Shown here piece after piece: positions 1 through 11,762 of a stretch of DNA of 64,000 bases (the stretch's first letter is position 1; every line of letters starts with the position of its first letter). The translations under genes and the position numbers were made by a program. The stretch covers positions 2,227,648-2,291,647 of the forward strand of contig SMSO01000014.1 of NCBI GenBank assembly GCA_004764695.1, in the 5' to 3' direction. The notes under the pieces are model-generated. The model had not been told where the DNA came from. It was given only the letters and a program-made list of their open reading frames with translations, and did not search any database. The stretch comes from Schizochytrium sp. TIO01. Lineage: Eukaryota > Protista > Bigyra: Labyrinthulomycetes.

Positions 1-2566
1 GAATGACATAGTTGGCAAACTGGTCAGTCATCATCACCTCAAGGAGGGTCTTGGACTGGCTGCCCCCTGCAGCGGTTCCAGCGCCAGAACGGGTTGATTT
101 AGCGTTGCTACCGGAGCGGTCGACTTCAAGCATTTTAGCAATCAGGTTGCGACGTTCCGCCTTATTTCCCGACTCAAGGCAACGCTCAACAACATTACTG
201 GAGAACTTGTGTTGCGAGAAGCGAAGCAGGTTAAGTTTGACAATTTCAATCAATTCTGCGCGATGGCGGCTGAGGCAGCCGTCTTGGCCGTTCGGGCTGC
301 CGTGCTGGATGATGTGCTGGGTCACGTAGTTGCCAAAGGAGTCCTGAATAAGGACTTCCACATTAGCCATGATCTCCGCCAGGAGAGGCTCGAGGCGGTC
401 GTCCTCAGCGTTCTCCATAGCACGTTGGGCAACGCGACAAGCATAAGACTGGGTAGAGAGCTGCACCATGTTGCCCTTAAAGGCATCAAAAATAAAGTCG
501 ATGCGCGACAGAGGGCGTACGCATTCGAGGAGTTTCTGAAGCACATGGTTTGCATTGTTGGAGCACGCACAACTAATGACATGTCCATCAAGCTCGTGCA
601 GGAGCTTGTCCTGATATTCAACTGAGTACAACGTGGCACCCGGATCTCCGGGTTTGAGCGAGCGTGCCACTTCCTCGCCCTGTTCGCTGAAGATGCATTC
701 AATCATCTTTTGGATTACACGGCAAGAGTAGCTGCCGTTGCTGTGGTCCACCATGTGGCCCTCAATAGCAACCTTGACAAGCTGCTCTTGCTGAGCTGGG
801 GTGCTCGCGCCGTGCGTAAGAAGTTTCTGAATGGTGTAGTTTCCAAAGACATCGGCACATAAGCGACGAGCATGCGGCAGGATTTCTGCAACAAGGTTTT
901 CCTTGTCTTCTGCTGAGACACTTGGGGAGTCCAGCTGCGTTTGCAGAAATCGACTTCCGTGTTGGTCCTTGGCGAACTCCACAACCTGACCTCGGATCGA
1001 TCGCAGTCCCCATTCCACGTCGGCAATAGGCGGTGTAGATTTCTTGTCGCGTTTAGGTCCGTTTGCAGGTCCTCGAGCACTACCAGCGTTGCTTTGAGCC
1101 TGTTGGCCTCGGACGTTGGCATCCTTGTGCCTTCCAGCACCGCTGCCACCGCTACCGTTGCGCGGGGATACTCCAACTTTGTTGTGCAGCTTCTCCAAGA
1201 GGTTGCACGGCGTGCCGTTGTCGTTCCCATTTCCTGCAGCGCCAGTCGCAGCATTTCTGGACTCCGCTGCAGTATCAACCTCAAGCTTGGCAGGACCCTT
1301 GCGGTCCTCATTTCCGCGAGTAGATTTTGGAGAGGGTGCCGCACTCGGTGCAGATCCTACTGAGTTGGTTGACGAAAGGTATCTTGCGCTACTCTGACCC
1401 GCTGGAGGTGACTGCGCAGCAGACGGCGGCAGTTGTGCGATCGAGGGCATCGCAAGTGTTGGCGACATCATTTCCGTCGGCATCATTCCTGGACTTGGCT
1501 GCGAGAATCCCGCTGCCGCGTAATATTGCGCTTGAGGAGCGTACGCGTACATTGCATAGCCTGAAGGTCCAAACGCCGGTGAGTACTGCACCATCGTCGG
1601 CATAGCTTGCTGCATATGAGCATGATGCTGGAATGCATTCTGGATATCCTCCATATGCCGCAGGTTATGCGTTTGCGGCGCATATGCGTTCTCACCCATG
1701 TCTTGATTAAGTTGCAGTGAAGGCATCATAAGCGGCGGTGGCAATTCCTGGTTTTGTTGGTTTTGCCTTTGATTAGCATCATTCTGACCTGAGGCATTCT
1801 TATTCTGTTTTCCATTATTGGCGTGTTTCTCTGCAGCTTGTTGTTGCTGGCGATAGAATTGCTGAAATTGCATCGACGTGGTCGGGGGTGTGCCCAAAAG
1901 CGACTGCGGAAGAAGTGGATGTAGAAACGGGGAAGGCCCAGGGCTTGGGGCAGGCGGTTCAGATCCATCGAGTTGTTGAGGTCTCGGGTAAAAGTCGAAG
2001 TGTGTTCCTGCCGAAGAACTGGCTTGCATCAGAGGCGTCGCAGGAAAAGGGCTCAACGAAGCAGGACCGAGGTACGGGCTTGGGGCGGCTTGCATAAACT
2101 GTCCTGGAAAGAGACCTGGGCTCGGGGGATGAGTCATGCCCATCATACCCAAGTTCACCGGGTGGAGGCCCGGCGAGGGCATGTACTGGTACATCTGAGC
2201 AGCGCTTGCCTGGTACCCTGGAATCCCATATGAGTACTGGGCTTGCTGAGCATAGTGCTTCATGTGCATGTCCTCAGTTGCATTGTTACTGTTGGTAGTA
2301 GTATTGTTTGAGGAAGAAGCCGAGCCATTCGAGGATTGTTGTTGTTGCTGTTGTTGCTGAGCAACAGCAAGAGCTTGGCCGACAGCAGGTTGCTGTTGGC
2401 TAGAGGAAGAGCCACCACCGACAGCGGCAGCAGCAGCGGACTCGCCGAGGCCGCGGCCCCCGCCAGTTACTGAGCGAGACCCTGAGCGGTCAGCGCCGAG
2501 GTAGTCATTGCCGCTTTGAGAGGTGCCGTTGGCAACTCCGGCGGAAGTTGAGCTTGGACCAGCCAT
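1..2566 (-). CDS. PUM: Pumilio-family (PUF) RNA-binding protein, 3' end truncated by the window edge
   Basis: Manual translation of the minus frame from ATG at 2566 (MAGPSSTSAG..., in-frame TAA upstream at 2651-2653) gives a Q/S/G/M-rich N-terminus. The same frame holds eight PUF repeats at ~1-1000: DQHGSRFLQ, DVFGNYTIQ, SYSCRVIQ, NANHVLQ, SYACRVAQ, DSFGNYVTQ, KFSSNVVE, DQFANYVI. It is missing from the ORF track, as expected if no stop is reached within the window. Confidence 0.95.
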   Translation of the reverse strand, partial: MAGPSSTSAGVANGTSQSGNDYLGADRSGSRSVTGGGRGLGESAAAAAVGGGSSSSQQQPAVGQALAVAQQQQQQQQSSNGSASSSNNTTTNSNNATEDMHMKHYAQQAQYSYGIPGYQASAAQMYQYMPSPGLHPVNLGMMGMTHPPSPGLFPGQFMQAAPSPYLGPASLSPFPATPLMQASSSAGTHFDFYPRPQQLDGSEPPAPSPGPSPFLHPLLPQSLLGTPPTTSMQFQQFYRQQQQAAEKHANNGKQNKNASGQNDANQRQNQQNQELPPPLMMPSLQLNQDMGENAYAPQTHNLRHMEDIQNAFQHHAHMQQAMPTMVQYSPAFGPSGYAMYAYAPQAQYYAAAGFSQPSPGMMPTEMMSPTLAMPSIAQLPPSAAQSPPAGQSSARYLSSTNSVGSAPSAAPSPKSTRGNEDRKGPAKLEVDTAAESRNAATGAAGNGNDNGTPCNLLEKLHNKVGVSPRNGSGGSGAGRHKDANVRGQQAQSNAGSARGPANGPKRDKKSTPPIADVEWGLRSIRGQVVEFAKDQHGSRFLQTQLDSPSVSAEDKENLVAEILPHARRLCADVFGNYTIQKLLTHGASTPAQQEQLVKVAIEGHMVDHSNGSYSCRVIQKMIECIFSEQGEEVARSLKPGDPGATLYSVEYQDKLLHELDGHVISCACSNNANHVLQKLLECVRPLSRIDFIFDAFKGNMVQLSTQSYACRVAQRAMENAEDDRLEPLLAEIMANVEVLIQDSFGNYVTQHIIQHGSPNGQDGCLSRHRAELIEIVKLNLLRFSQHKFSSNVVERCLESGNKAERRNLIAKMLEVDRSGSNAKSTRSGAGTAAGGSQSKTLLEVMMTDQFANYVI

Positions 2567-5264
2567 GAAAGAGTCCGGTGAAGTCGACTTTGACTGAGTT
2601 GATTGGGTCGGGTCTAGGGATGGATACAGGAGACTGTTTCCTTTCTTGCGTTATTGTTGATGCTGTAAAGGGTTTGTGCGGATGCCTCTATAGAAGTGCT
2701 GCCGCAAACACCTTATTTACACCTAGAGAGATATGAACAGAAGAGCTTTGCCCACAGAAGTTGGTCCAGCTAACAGCGCTCTTTCAAAGTTCTCGCGATC
2801 CACAGTCTTTGTACAAAAACACAAGCTTGCAACCTAGCCAGCTCGTTTCTTAAGTAGAAAAGTACGTAGCCTTTTTGTCTCTTCAAACTGAGTTGAATCC
2901 AAGGTGCAATAAAATAGAATTTGTCGCACGTGCGAATGTTTATCTATGTACGAATGAGTCAACGAAAGTATAATGTAGTATGTATAAATGCACGTCTCTG
3001 ATTGCGTAGAGTCTGTGTGGGTGAAAGACTGCACTCAAGACTGCACAAGAAAGAATGTATGTGTCAAAGGCAGGACCAAAGGCCAGCCAAAAGAGTCTTA
3101 ATCACAACAAATAAGTTGTACTCGACGTCTTGCGAGACTGCTTGTTTGGCTAATCTCAACAAAGCTCTACAGTGCTGAGGAGGCTGACTCAACCAAGTAG
3201 AGGTGCTTTGCAATACTGTCGATTGGTTTCCAGCCTCAATGCAAGCACGCAGGTTATGAGCGTGCGCAACGAGGCAACCTTGCCCTTGCTTTGTCCAATA
3301 TGAACAAATCAATCTACACCACTGACTGGATGGATGGACTTGCAGCAGAATGCGAATGGACTCGGGTCACTCCTACAGAGGAGCAAACCGCTCTGTTGCA
3401 GGCTTGCTGTTGGCGAGTCCAACGACCGCACGAAGCAAGCGCTGCGCTGCGAACCGGAGACTCTCCGGTTGCCTGACTACTGGCCTGCTCGCGGGACTGC
3501 TGCTACTCCACGACCGACTGGTGCTCACCCAATCACTTCATTCATTCATTTATTCATTCATTCACATTCATTTACTTTGCTTTTATTTATCACTCGTCAT
3601 TCATTCTTTTACAACCTTATAAAACACATACTATATCACCCATTTAATTTACATCCATTGTTCTTAATACTCTTTAAAGCATGTGCTTTCAGACAATTGA
3701 TTGGAGTTCTTCGCTCCCTATTAGCAAATAGTGAATGTATAGGCCTGGAGAAGGGTAAACGACTGCCTATCCAGTGCTACCAGAGATTTAGGTACCTATA
3801 CCTATGTAGCGGAGTGCCAAAAACCAATGGAATGCCATTCGTCGGGCAGGTAAGACTTTGTACTAAAAAAAAATAAAAAACGAGACACAGACAAAGTCAT
3901 CTTGGTCCTGATAATTGACGCAACATACTGCTGAAGCTGCTTAAGTGATGATGATGCAGACAGACCCTTCCTAGGAAGAGCTTCTATTAGGCACATTAAC
4001 CACAGCAGGTCTCCAGTTATTTATTGAAAACGCAAAATCCTGTTCTGATGATGTCGTGGTTTTTACATACTTTACAGGTATCTGAGTAGCTAGTTACTTT
4101 AGCCACCCACATCACAGTTATTACTACCTCTGCTAATGCTAGAACGAGTTTGCAAGACCTACATCTTAGTCCATCAAAGAGACTACACATCTCGCATTAT
4201 TGGTGTCTCCAGAGTCGGGAGCTGTGATACATTGGAGAGGACCAAGTCGAAGTTGTGGTCGGTTCAGCTGCCAAGATTGATTCCTCCACTCCTTTTTCCA
4301 ACACTTCATTCGCTCGTTGATCCTTTGTAATTTCTTCCTCTCACCAGCAGCCAGCCACCCAGCCAGCCACGAAACGAAGTACTACAATCAGGTAACCACG
4401 CAATTGAAGCATCGAGCACGTAACGTGAAGCAAGTTCGAGCATCCAATCTAAAGCGCATATAAATCACAAACTTCATCAAACTAAGCCGGCATTTACTTG
4501 CCTATTTTACTCCATTTAAAGATGCAATCGACACCACAACTTCCTGCCTCCTCGTAAACCAGCAATATCATCTGCTTCTACCAACCGCTATCCATTCGCT
4601 ACGCTTGCTCCAGCGGGACTACCTATGACATTGGCGCGCTCCTGCTTAGCCCCGAATGGGTCATTTGTGTGGCTCCCTCATTCACGGCGCCGCCACCATT
4701 CATGCGAACCAGGGGGCCTTTCAGTCACTTGCACAACGCAAAGCTGATTTGGGTCCGTGCGCGGTGTCTGGTTTCATTGAGGATCGCACCACCCATGGCG
4801 AACTATGGGACCACGGGGTTGCGCAAGAGAGCGAGCGGCGCGCGGCGGCGGCAAAGCACGATTGACGGGGGCAGTCAAGCCAGGTCGTGGACACCAGGAG
4901 GCCGTGCAAGCTGCGAGAAGATTGTGTAAGTGAAATAGTGGCTTCATAGGGGAATCTCACATAGTTTTACCTGCTGAGTGTAGGCTGGGGACGAGGTTCA
5001 CCAAAGATACGGGAGGTCCTCTGCTGCTGGCTTGTAAGATTGATATACCAGTAGAGAGAAAACTACTAGTTAGGGTCTATATACTAGTAGCCCAACGGCG
5101 GCTCTCTTGAGTGAATTCTTCGGCAAAGGATGGAAAGACATTGCGCGGCAAAAGCGCTGCGAAGAGACTAAGCAAATCTCGAATTGCCCAGACCTGGGTG
5201 GAGGGATAGTTCGAGTAAACTGACTATTTAGTGGGTGATCTTAAATTGACAGAGATACTGGAAA

Positions 5265-6455
5265 ATGTCGGGACTCAAGACTGGTTACGTGTTTGAGGAG
5301 CTGTATCTGTGGCACGAGCCAGGTTCAATCAGCTACGATATTTGGACACAGCCCGGAGAGCATTGGGAAGCAGCCGAAACCAAGCATCGTCTCCACTCTC
5401 TTCTCTCTGTGAGCGGTGCTCTTGATTCTACCAAGCGCATCAAGGCCCGTTCGGCAACTGATGAAGAGATTCTTTATTTCCATACCCCAGAGTACTTAGC
5501 TCGAGTAAAGGAGATTAGCGAGCGTGAGGTTGGTGGAAACACTGGTGAAATTGCCCGTATTGGTCCTAAGGGCTTCCGCATTGCCGCCCTCTCTTGTGGC
5601 GGTGTTCTTGCTGGAGTTGAGGCTATCAATGCTGGCGAAGTTCGTAATGCATACTGTCTCGTACGCCCTCCTGGTCACCACGCCGAACCGGACAAGGGGA
5701 TGGGCTTTTGCATTTTCAACAACGTCGTTATTGGCGCGAGGCACGCACAGAAACTTGGTCACCAGCGCGTAGCGGTGATTGATTTTGATGTACATCACGG
5801 GAACGGAACAGAAACCGCCTCACTTGGTGATGATGATTTTCTTTTCATCAGTCTTCATCAGGATAATAACTACCCTGTTGGCAGAGGTGACATCATCGAG
5901 GATGAACGTGGTCAAACAACAATTAATGTTCCACTCCCCCCGGGCTCTGGCACAGGTGCTTACTACTACGCCATGGAAAAGGTAGTTCTCCCTGCGCTTC
6001 GCAAATTCAAGCCGGACTTTGTTTTCGTTAGTGCTGGCTATGATGGTTCTTTCTGTGACCCTCTTGCTCGCATGATGTTGACAAGTGAGGCCTTCGGCAA
6101 CATGGCCAAGGATATTATCAAGGTCGCTGAAGAAACATGCAATGGACGTGTCTTGTTTGCTCATGAGGGTGGCTATTCTAAGGAATACAGTCCTTTCTGT
6201 GGGCTTGCTGTTGTTGAAGCGCTCACAGGCATCCAGGCTGATGCTATTGACAACTACCTGGATGACACTAATGCATGGGGTTACCAGTCGTTGCAGTCGT
6301 CTCAGCAAGCTGTCGTGGATCATCTAGCACGTATTCTTGGCTTTGAAGAACCCCTTTCCTCTGCTGAAGAGAGCACGCTCAATGAGATGCGTGCTCTTCT
6401 GGCGCGCGACGGTGTTGATGCTGCCAAGCTTCTGAGCCGTCTTCACGAAAAATAA
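5265..6455 (+). CDS. Zn-dependent class II histone deacetylase-like amidohydrolase (bacterial HDAH-like)
   Basis: Motifs RPPGHHA, GFCIFNN, DFDVHHGNGT, INVPLPPGSG, SAGYD..DPLARMM, HEGGYS and PFCGLAVVEALTG are present. Catalytic His pair, Zn ligands and Tyr are intact. 396 aa, intronless. Confidence 0.95.
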   Translation: MSGLKTGYVFEELYLWHEPGSISYDIWTQPGEHWEAAETKHRLHSLLSVSGALDSTKRIKARSATDEEILYFHTPEYLARVKEISEREVGGNTGEIARIGPKGFRIAALSCGGVLAGVEAINAGEVRNAYCLVRPPGHHAEPDKGMGFCIFNNVVIGARHAQKLGHQRVAVIDFDVHHGNGTETASLGDDDFLFISLHQDNNYPVGRGDIIEDERGQTTINVPLPPGSGTGAYYYAMEKVVLPALRKFKPDFVFVSAGYDGSFCDPLARMMLTSEAFGNMAKDIIKVAEETCNGRVLFAHEGGYSKEYSPFCGLAVVEALTGIQADAIDNYLDDTNAWGYQSLQSSQQAVVDHLARILGFEEPLSSAEESTLNEMRALLARDGVDAAKLLSRLHEK

Positions 6456-7020
6456 AGAGGGCGTTTTCCCCTGAGATTTAGGGTTCATTCATTAAAGACC
6501 GCGGAGCAATTATCGAAAATTTGTACATCGACTCGCGAGTTAGTCTTCTTCTCCCTCTTCATCCCCACCTGCATAAAGAGCAGGTTAAGTCTTTAAATGT
6601 GCGTGAGGGAAAGTTGAATAAAACAAATGACCCATTTCTTTCTGTTCAATCTTTAAAGCAACTACAAACATTATAAATCATTTATGTTTTATTTCTATTT
6701 TATTCTTTCAAAAGATATCAGCGTCGAGAGACTGCTAGCTTTGATCAAATGAGTTGGTTATGAATAATTATGACATATTTGTATTCTCGATTTACAAACG
6801 AAATCATTTCAGTTTTGAAGCTGTGGTTTGGCATTGGCGCATCTATTTGCTGATCTTCATGGTCGCCATAATTGCGTTCCTTTTTGTTTTTGTTTGGGAA
6901 GAGAAAGCTTGAGTAATGCCATTTTTCAAAAGTTAATAAACCTAGCCTAATTACAATATTGCATAGATCGTCAGTATCATTTTAAACTCGTACTGTCTGT
7001 GCACGCTCAGCTGAGCCAGT

Positions 7021-8259
7021 CTAACCTCCCCAGCTTGATAACGAGGAGCTAGAAAGAGAAACGCCATCATCTCCATCTACTGCAGACTCGAGGGACTTTG
7101 GCTCCATGAGCTGCTGTACGGGAGTCGGGACAGGCAGCGATGTGAAAAGAGGATCCTGTGCGGCTGCTGCCGCCGAAAGGCGCTGCTCAGGATCAAAGAT
7201 CAACATTTTCTCCAAAAGTGTCACAATCTGAGATTTGATGTCATCCTCGTTTGCTGAATCATTGTCTTCAGCACCAAGGTTCAAGTTTTCCCGGCTGAAG
7301 AGCAATAACTTAAGACTTTGGGATTGGGCAGATGGCTTGAATGGAAAGAAAAAAGGCAAGTCCTTAACTGACGGCCAGTTCTCCTCCGTGGGAACGCCAA
7401 GTACAGAGAAGATCTTGCTTAATTGATCAATGTCTGATCTTCCCTCAAAGAGAACAGCTCGACGAAGCATTTCAGCGATCACGCAAGCTGCACTCCACAC
7501 GTCAACTTTTGTGGTGTAAGGATCGAGACCAAAAATTAATTCAGGTGGGCGATAATGTTGGGTAATGGTCTGGCGAGTCATCTTACCCTTTTCAACTTGC
7601 TGTTCTCTACTGCTACCCAAATCACAAAGCTTGATGTGACCGTCATACCCAACTAGAACATTGTTGGGCTTGATGTCCCGATGCAAGATGCCGTGTTCAT
7701 GGCAATGTGCTAGGCCTTTGAGAATTCCAAGAGAATAGCACTTTACCTCGGGCAAATTCAAAGTTACAGACTGATCTTTGATCACCGCTTCCAAGTCCCA
7801 TTTACACAGAGGCATAACCAAATGCATGCGTCCACCCTCTTCATAAACATCCAACAACTGGACCACATTTGGGTGAACGTTTAGCCTCCTGAGAGCCTCC
7901 ACCTCACGTTGAGCCAGCTTCCGAGCGCTATGACCAGGTCCACCGCGTCCTTCATCTTTCCGAATTTTCTTCACGGCAACATCTTGGCCAGCCTCAAGAC
8001 TTGCAATTGCAATATCATTGCTGCTGCTAGTGCGGCTGTCCTGAGCAGCTTGTGCGGAAGAATCTGCATCACATTGGCTTTGATCCGAACTTGCGCGCAC
8101 CTTGGCTCGAAAGACCTGAGCAAAAGTGCCTTGGCCAATTCTCTTGATCAGCTCGTACTCCATCGTATGGCCCTTAGCGCTGCCCGTTGAATCTCCTGGA
8201 GACGAAGACATTCTTAAAACGCAACGCGTATCTGCTGTCGGGAGCGCCTTTGTCTTCAT
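7021..8259 (-). CDS. Cyclin-dependent kinase, CDK7/CDKD (CAK)-like
   Basis: GQGTFAQV, VAVKKI, DLEAVIKD, HRDIKPNN, DLG, T-loop MTRQTITQHYRPPEL, VDVWSAACVIAEM, GRSDIDQLSKIFSVLGVPTEENW. True start may be a downstream Met (MSSSPG or MEYEL). CDK20-like identity is not excluded. Confidence 0.9.
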   Translation of the reverse strand: MKTKALPTADTRCVLRMSSSPGDSTGSAKGHTMEYELIKRIGQGTFAQVFRAKVRASSDQSQCDADSSAQAAQDSRTSSSNDIAIASLEAGQDVAVKKIRKDEGRGGPGHSARKLAQREVEALRRLNVHPNVVQLLDVYEEGGRMHLVMPLCKWDLEAVIKDQSVTLNLPEVKCYSLGILKGLAHCHEHGILHRDIKPNNVLVGYDGHIKLCDLGSSREQQVEKGKMTRQTITQHYRPPELIFGLDPYTTKVDVWSAACVIAEMLRRAVLFEGRSDIDQLSKIFSVLGVPTEENWPSVKDLPFFFPFKPSAQSQSLKLLLFSRENLNLGAEDNDSANEDDIKSQIVTLLEKMLIFDPEQRLSAAAAAQDPLFTSLPVPTPVQQLMEPKSLESAVDGDDGVSLSSSSLSSWGG

Positions 8260-11200
8260 GCAAAAGACCCGATTTTCTGGACCTTCACTTACGGTCCTTG
8301 TTCCTCATTTTCAGGCAGCTAAACAAACCCATCTCCTGTGGACAACCTGGGTAAAAAGGCGCATGAATGCTTTTTTAATTATACATTAAAATTAATTAAA
8401 ACAATAAAAAACACTACCAGTATACAAGACACAGAAAAGGAGCGGACATACGCCTGGGGCAATCCGGTCCGGTTGGCGGGAGTAGACTGTGTGGCGTTAT
8501 GCGCAACTTCGTGGCAAAGGATGTATTCGGATAGGCTTTGATGCGCTATACGTTATCCTGAGCAATGCTCCTGTCTCTGCCTTCGATGCAGACAGATATG
8601 GCACAGGTTTGGGGTGCTTTGGTTGAAGATTGCATCGCTCGCGATGTTTTCTGTTTTCTACTTTCTTCCATCATTCCCGTTTCTTCTTTCCAGGGTTCGA
8701 GTGGGTTTTAAAAGTTTTATTTATTAATTTGTATCAGGCTAGTATGATTCCTTTTTTAATTCTGGTTTTATGATTATTATGCAAAGTCTATTAGTATCGA
8801 TATAAATCAACTTGAAAATATAATTTGCCATCGTTTTCTTTCGTTTACTACATAGTACCTACCAACTGGCATTATAGTATCTCAAATCAAACCACTTCAA
8901 GAAAGAGTGTCTCCCTACTGAGCTTAACATCCGGTCAAGCCGACGTTCATTTGTCCTTTTCATCCTCAACTTCGTTTAATGCGAATTCATTATTGTGCAT
9001 TACCTAAGGTTTTTGCGGGTTGGAAAAATATTCTTTATTTTTTTTAATGAACAAAAAGAAATAAGGATGAAGCAAGTCGTATCGACGGTAAGGAAGCACA
9101 CCTCGAGACTTGCCCAAGCCTCGCGTATCATGACCAAGACGAACGTATCGACACCTTTCATGAACGTCAGTCAAGAACCCCTTGAAATCTAAACTCCCGA
9201 CTTGAAGCCTCTGCTTCTTTCAACGAATGATCCCCGGTGAATTGCCCGCTTTCTTTTCTTTAATTATATATGATAGTCATGGTTATCATTTTTAATTTAA
9301 AAAATAATAAAAAATAAAGACAAACTAATAAGTGTAGCTACCTGGTAGTTAGGTACATACTTCCTTATATTCCTTTCATTGCATTCTATTCCGTGCAGTG
9401 CCATTTTCTTTTTGTTTCAATTGATCAGAACAAAAAGTTCTGAGAAGAGCATGATGACAAGAACAAAAGATCGAATCGTCAATACGATCCTTGTTTGCAA
9501 AACCGTCTTCATATCAGCCTAAACCCTAGCACCTTGGTCAGTTTTTTAAATCTCTATTTAACATCTTCTGGGCCTTCGGGATGCAGATTGCGATCTCTTG
9601 GCCCTCAATCACCTTTCTTATCAAATAACTGCTCTTCAGAAGAGGAGTTGAATAAGTAAATCAATCAATCAATCAATCACACAAATAATCAAAACAAATA
9701 AGTGAATGCATGAATGAGTTCCGCACAAACAAATCAGCTCACGAAACAGATTACGAAACAGATCACGAACTAATTAAATTAATCCCTGTGTTGATGACCT
9801 CGAGGGCGCCCGAACCCATGCTTTTGCTGTCGCCAATGCTGCCCACTGGCGGGTGCACACAGCTGCCTTAAGTTCCTCCTGCCAAGGACCAAAGGCTATT
9901 TATTGAAGCTCCTCGAAGTTCGAAGTTTCAGGTTGGATGCGGCTGTTCTGAAGTCGAGGGTCCTCTCCTTTGTTAAATGCTACGTGCAAAGCCAGGCGTA
10001 CCTTCCCATATATCTATCAATCTATCTATCTATCTAATATTTAATTATTTATTTAATTATTTATTTAATTGTTTATTTAATTGTTTATTTATCATATATC
10101 TATATACATATTTATTCATTTATATGCCTCTGTGGATCTCTAAACTTATGAATATATTCGCCCATTGGCATCATCTATCTATCCATCTGCTACTGGTCTC
10201 TGGAGCTGACGCCGACGGGCCTAAGCTCGAGGATCGCCGACGGCGTGTCGAAGGAGGGGCGGACGGGCATCGATCATGGGCTCGCTCTGTCGGATCTGAT
10301 TCTCAGGCGAAAGGAAACGGTAGGGAAAGACTTAGGTAGGCGGCAAGCAGGCAAGAGCTCCTCCATGTGCGGCCTGTCTTACCTCTACTAACGCCACTCT
10401 TCTTTCTTCTTCAGAGGCACTGCGAAAATAAAATATGATGAACTCAGGCGATGGATAATAAATAAACGAATGTTTTGTATTGTAACAGGATACCGTGATT
10501 TAAAAATAATAATAAATTTAATTTTAATTTTAAGATAATATTCTTTAATTTTAAAGTTTATTTTTTGCAAGATTAATTATTAATTAAAGTGGTGCTGTAT
10601 AATAGAAGCAGTATGTCTGAATAGAAGAATTAGTTAAGTGAGGAAGTGGGAAGAGGGAAGAGGGACAGAAACTAGGAGCTTAGGAGGATAGTGATGAGGA
10701 AGCAGCAGCGTCTGCAGATTGTCCTCGAGGCCGTTCACGAGAAGGACTGGAGTGTGTGAGTTTATGTATGCAGGCGTTTCTTGCGGCAGACCAAGGCGGT
10801 GAAGAACTGCGGAATCGTGAGGGTTTGGGGTGTCCATGCAAATGCTTATCTGCGCTGGAAGGTTTTTGTCACGTTCTTCCACCTCGACATGACTGACACC
10901 AAGAACTGCAGAAACGGAAGTAATGCGAGTCCAAAGCCAACAACTTGGAGCAGAGATCACACCACAGACCGACAAGGATCTGCTATTGGTGCAGTAAATA
11001 TCTTCAACTGCTTTCGGTAACAGCGAGATCACTCTCTGGTAAAGTATTTCGTAGCCAGGTACCGCTACATAGGTACCTACTTGTAGGTATGTATACACCA
11101 TCAGAAAATACATCGTTGCTTCTCTTTCTTTTTGCGGATCGGTATCTTACAGGCCAGAAGGTGACCAGCAGCAAAAACCTTACTACATTACCGTGGCACA

Positions 11201-11762
11201 AGCAAGCAAGCAAGTAAGCAAGCAAGCAAGTGAGCATCGAGTGGTCTGGTGCACTAGGACAGCTAGTTGACTTGGAGACCGCGGTGGCAGAATTTCGAAG
11301 CAATTGTGGATCTCGTTGGTCGGACATCGTTTGGAAAAGTATACGTAACATTCAAACATACATTTGATCTAGCGAAGGCTGTGTAGTTCTGACTTGCAAT
11401 AATAGAAAGTGGCACAACAGAAGCTGAGGTAATACTGGAAAAGACATTTAGGCGTATTCCTTCTCGCAGAACAGATCCTAATACGGACGCTGTGAGTTTT
11501 GATTGTTGTTTTCATCTATATTCAATTGGAAAGGAAGCTGCTTATTAATTAGCGCATCAACGGGATAGATATATAACTCTTCCTGCTTTCGATCTTAATT
11601 TGTCATTACATTTAAAGGGAAGGGGGCTTCTCTTGGTGTGTTGGACTAGAAATTAGTACGCTAGCGTTTGCGTTCATTGAATTGGGAATCGAAATTTCAA
11701 AGATATTGCGAGCCTTCTTATTCGAGTCTGCCGCCTTACCACACGGGCCTCCAAGGAAGCAC

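Noticed and set aside
12-2233. Many short ORFs on both strands in the track
   Set aside because: They are alternative-frame or antisense shadows of the PUF gene. The same applies to short ORFs inside the other long CDSs.
9518-9530. Telomere-like CCTAAACCCTAG (also TTTAGGGTT at ~6477)
   Set aside because: Only one or two units, which is expected by chance.
10634-11351. 159-aa and 115-aa minus-strand ORFs
   Set aside because: No recognisable domain, and they run through simple repeats. More likely the 5' flank or UTR of the downstream plus-strand gene.
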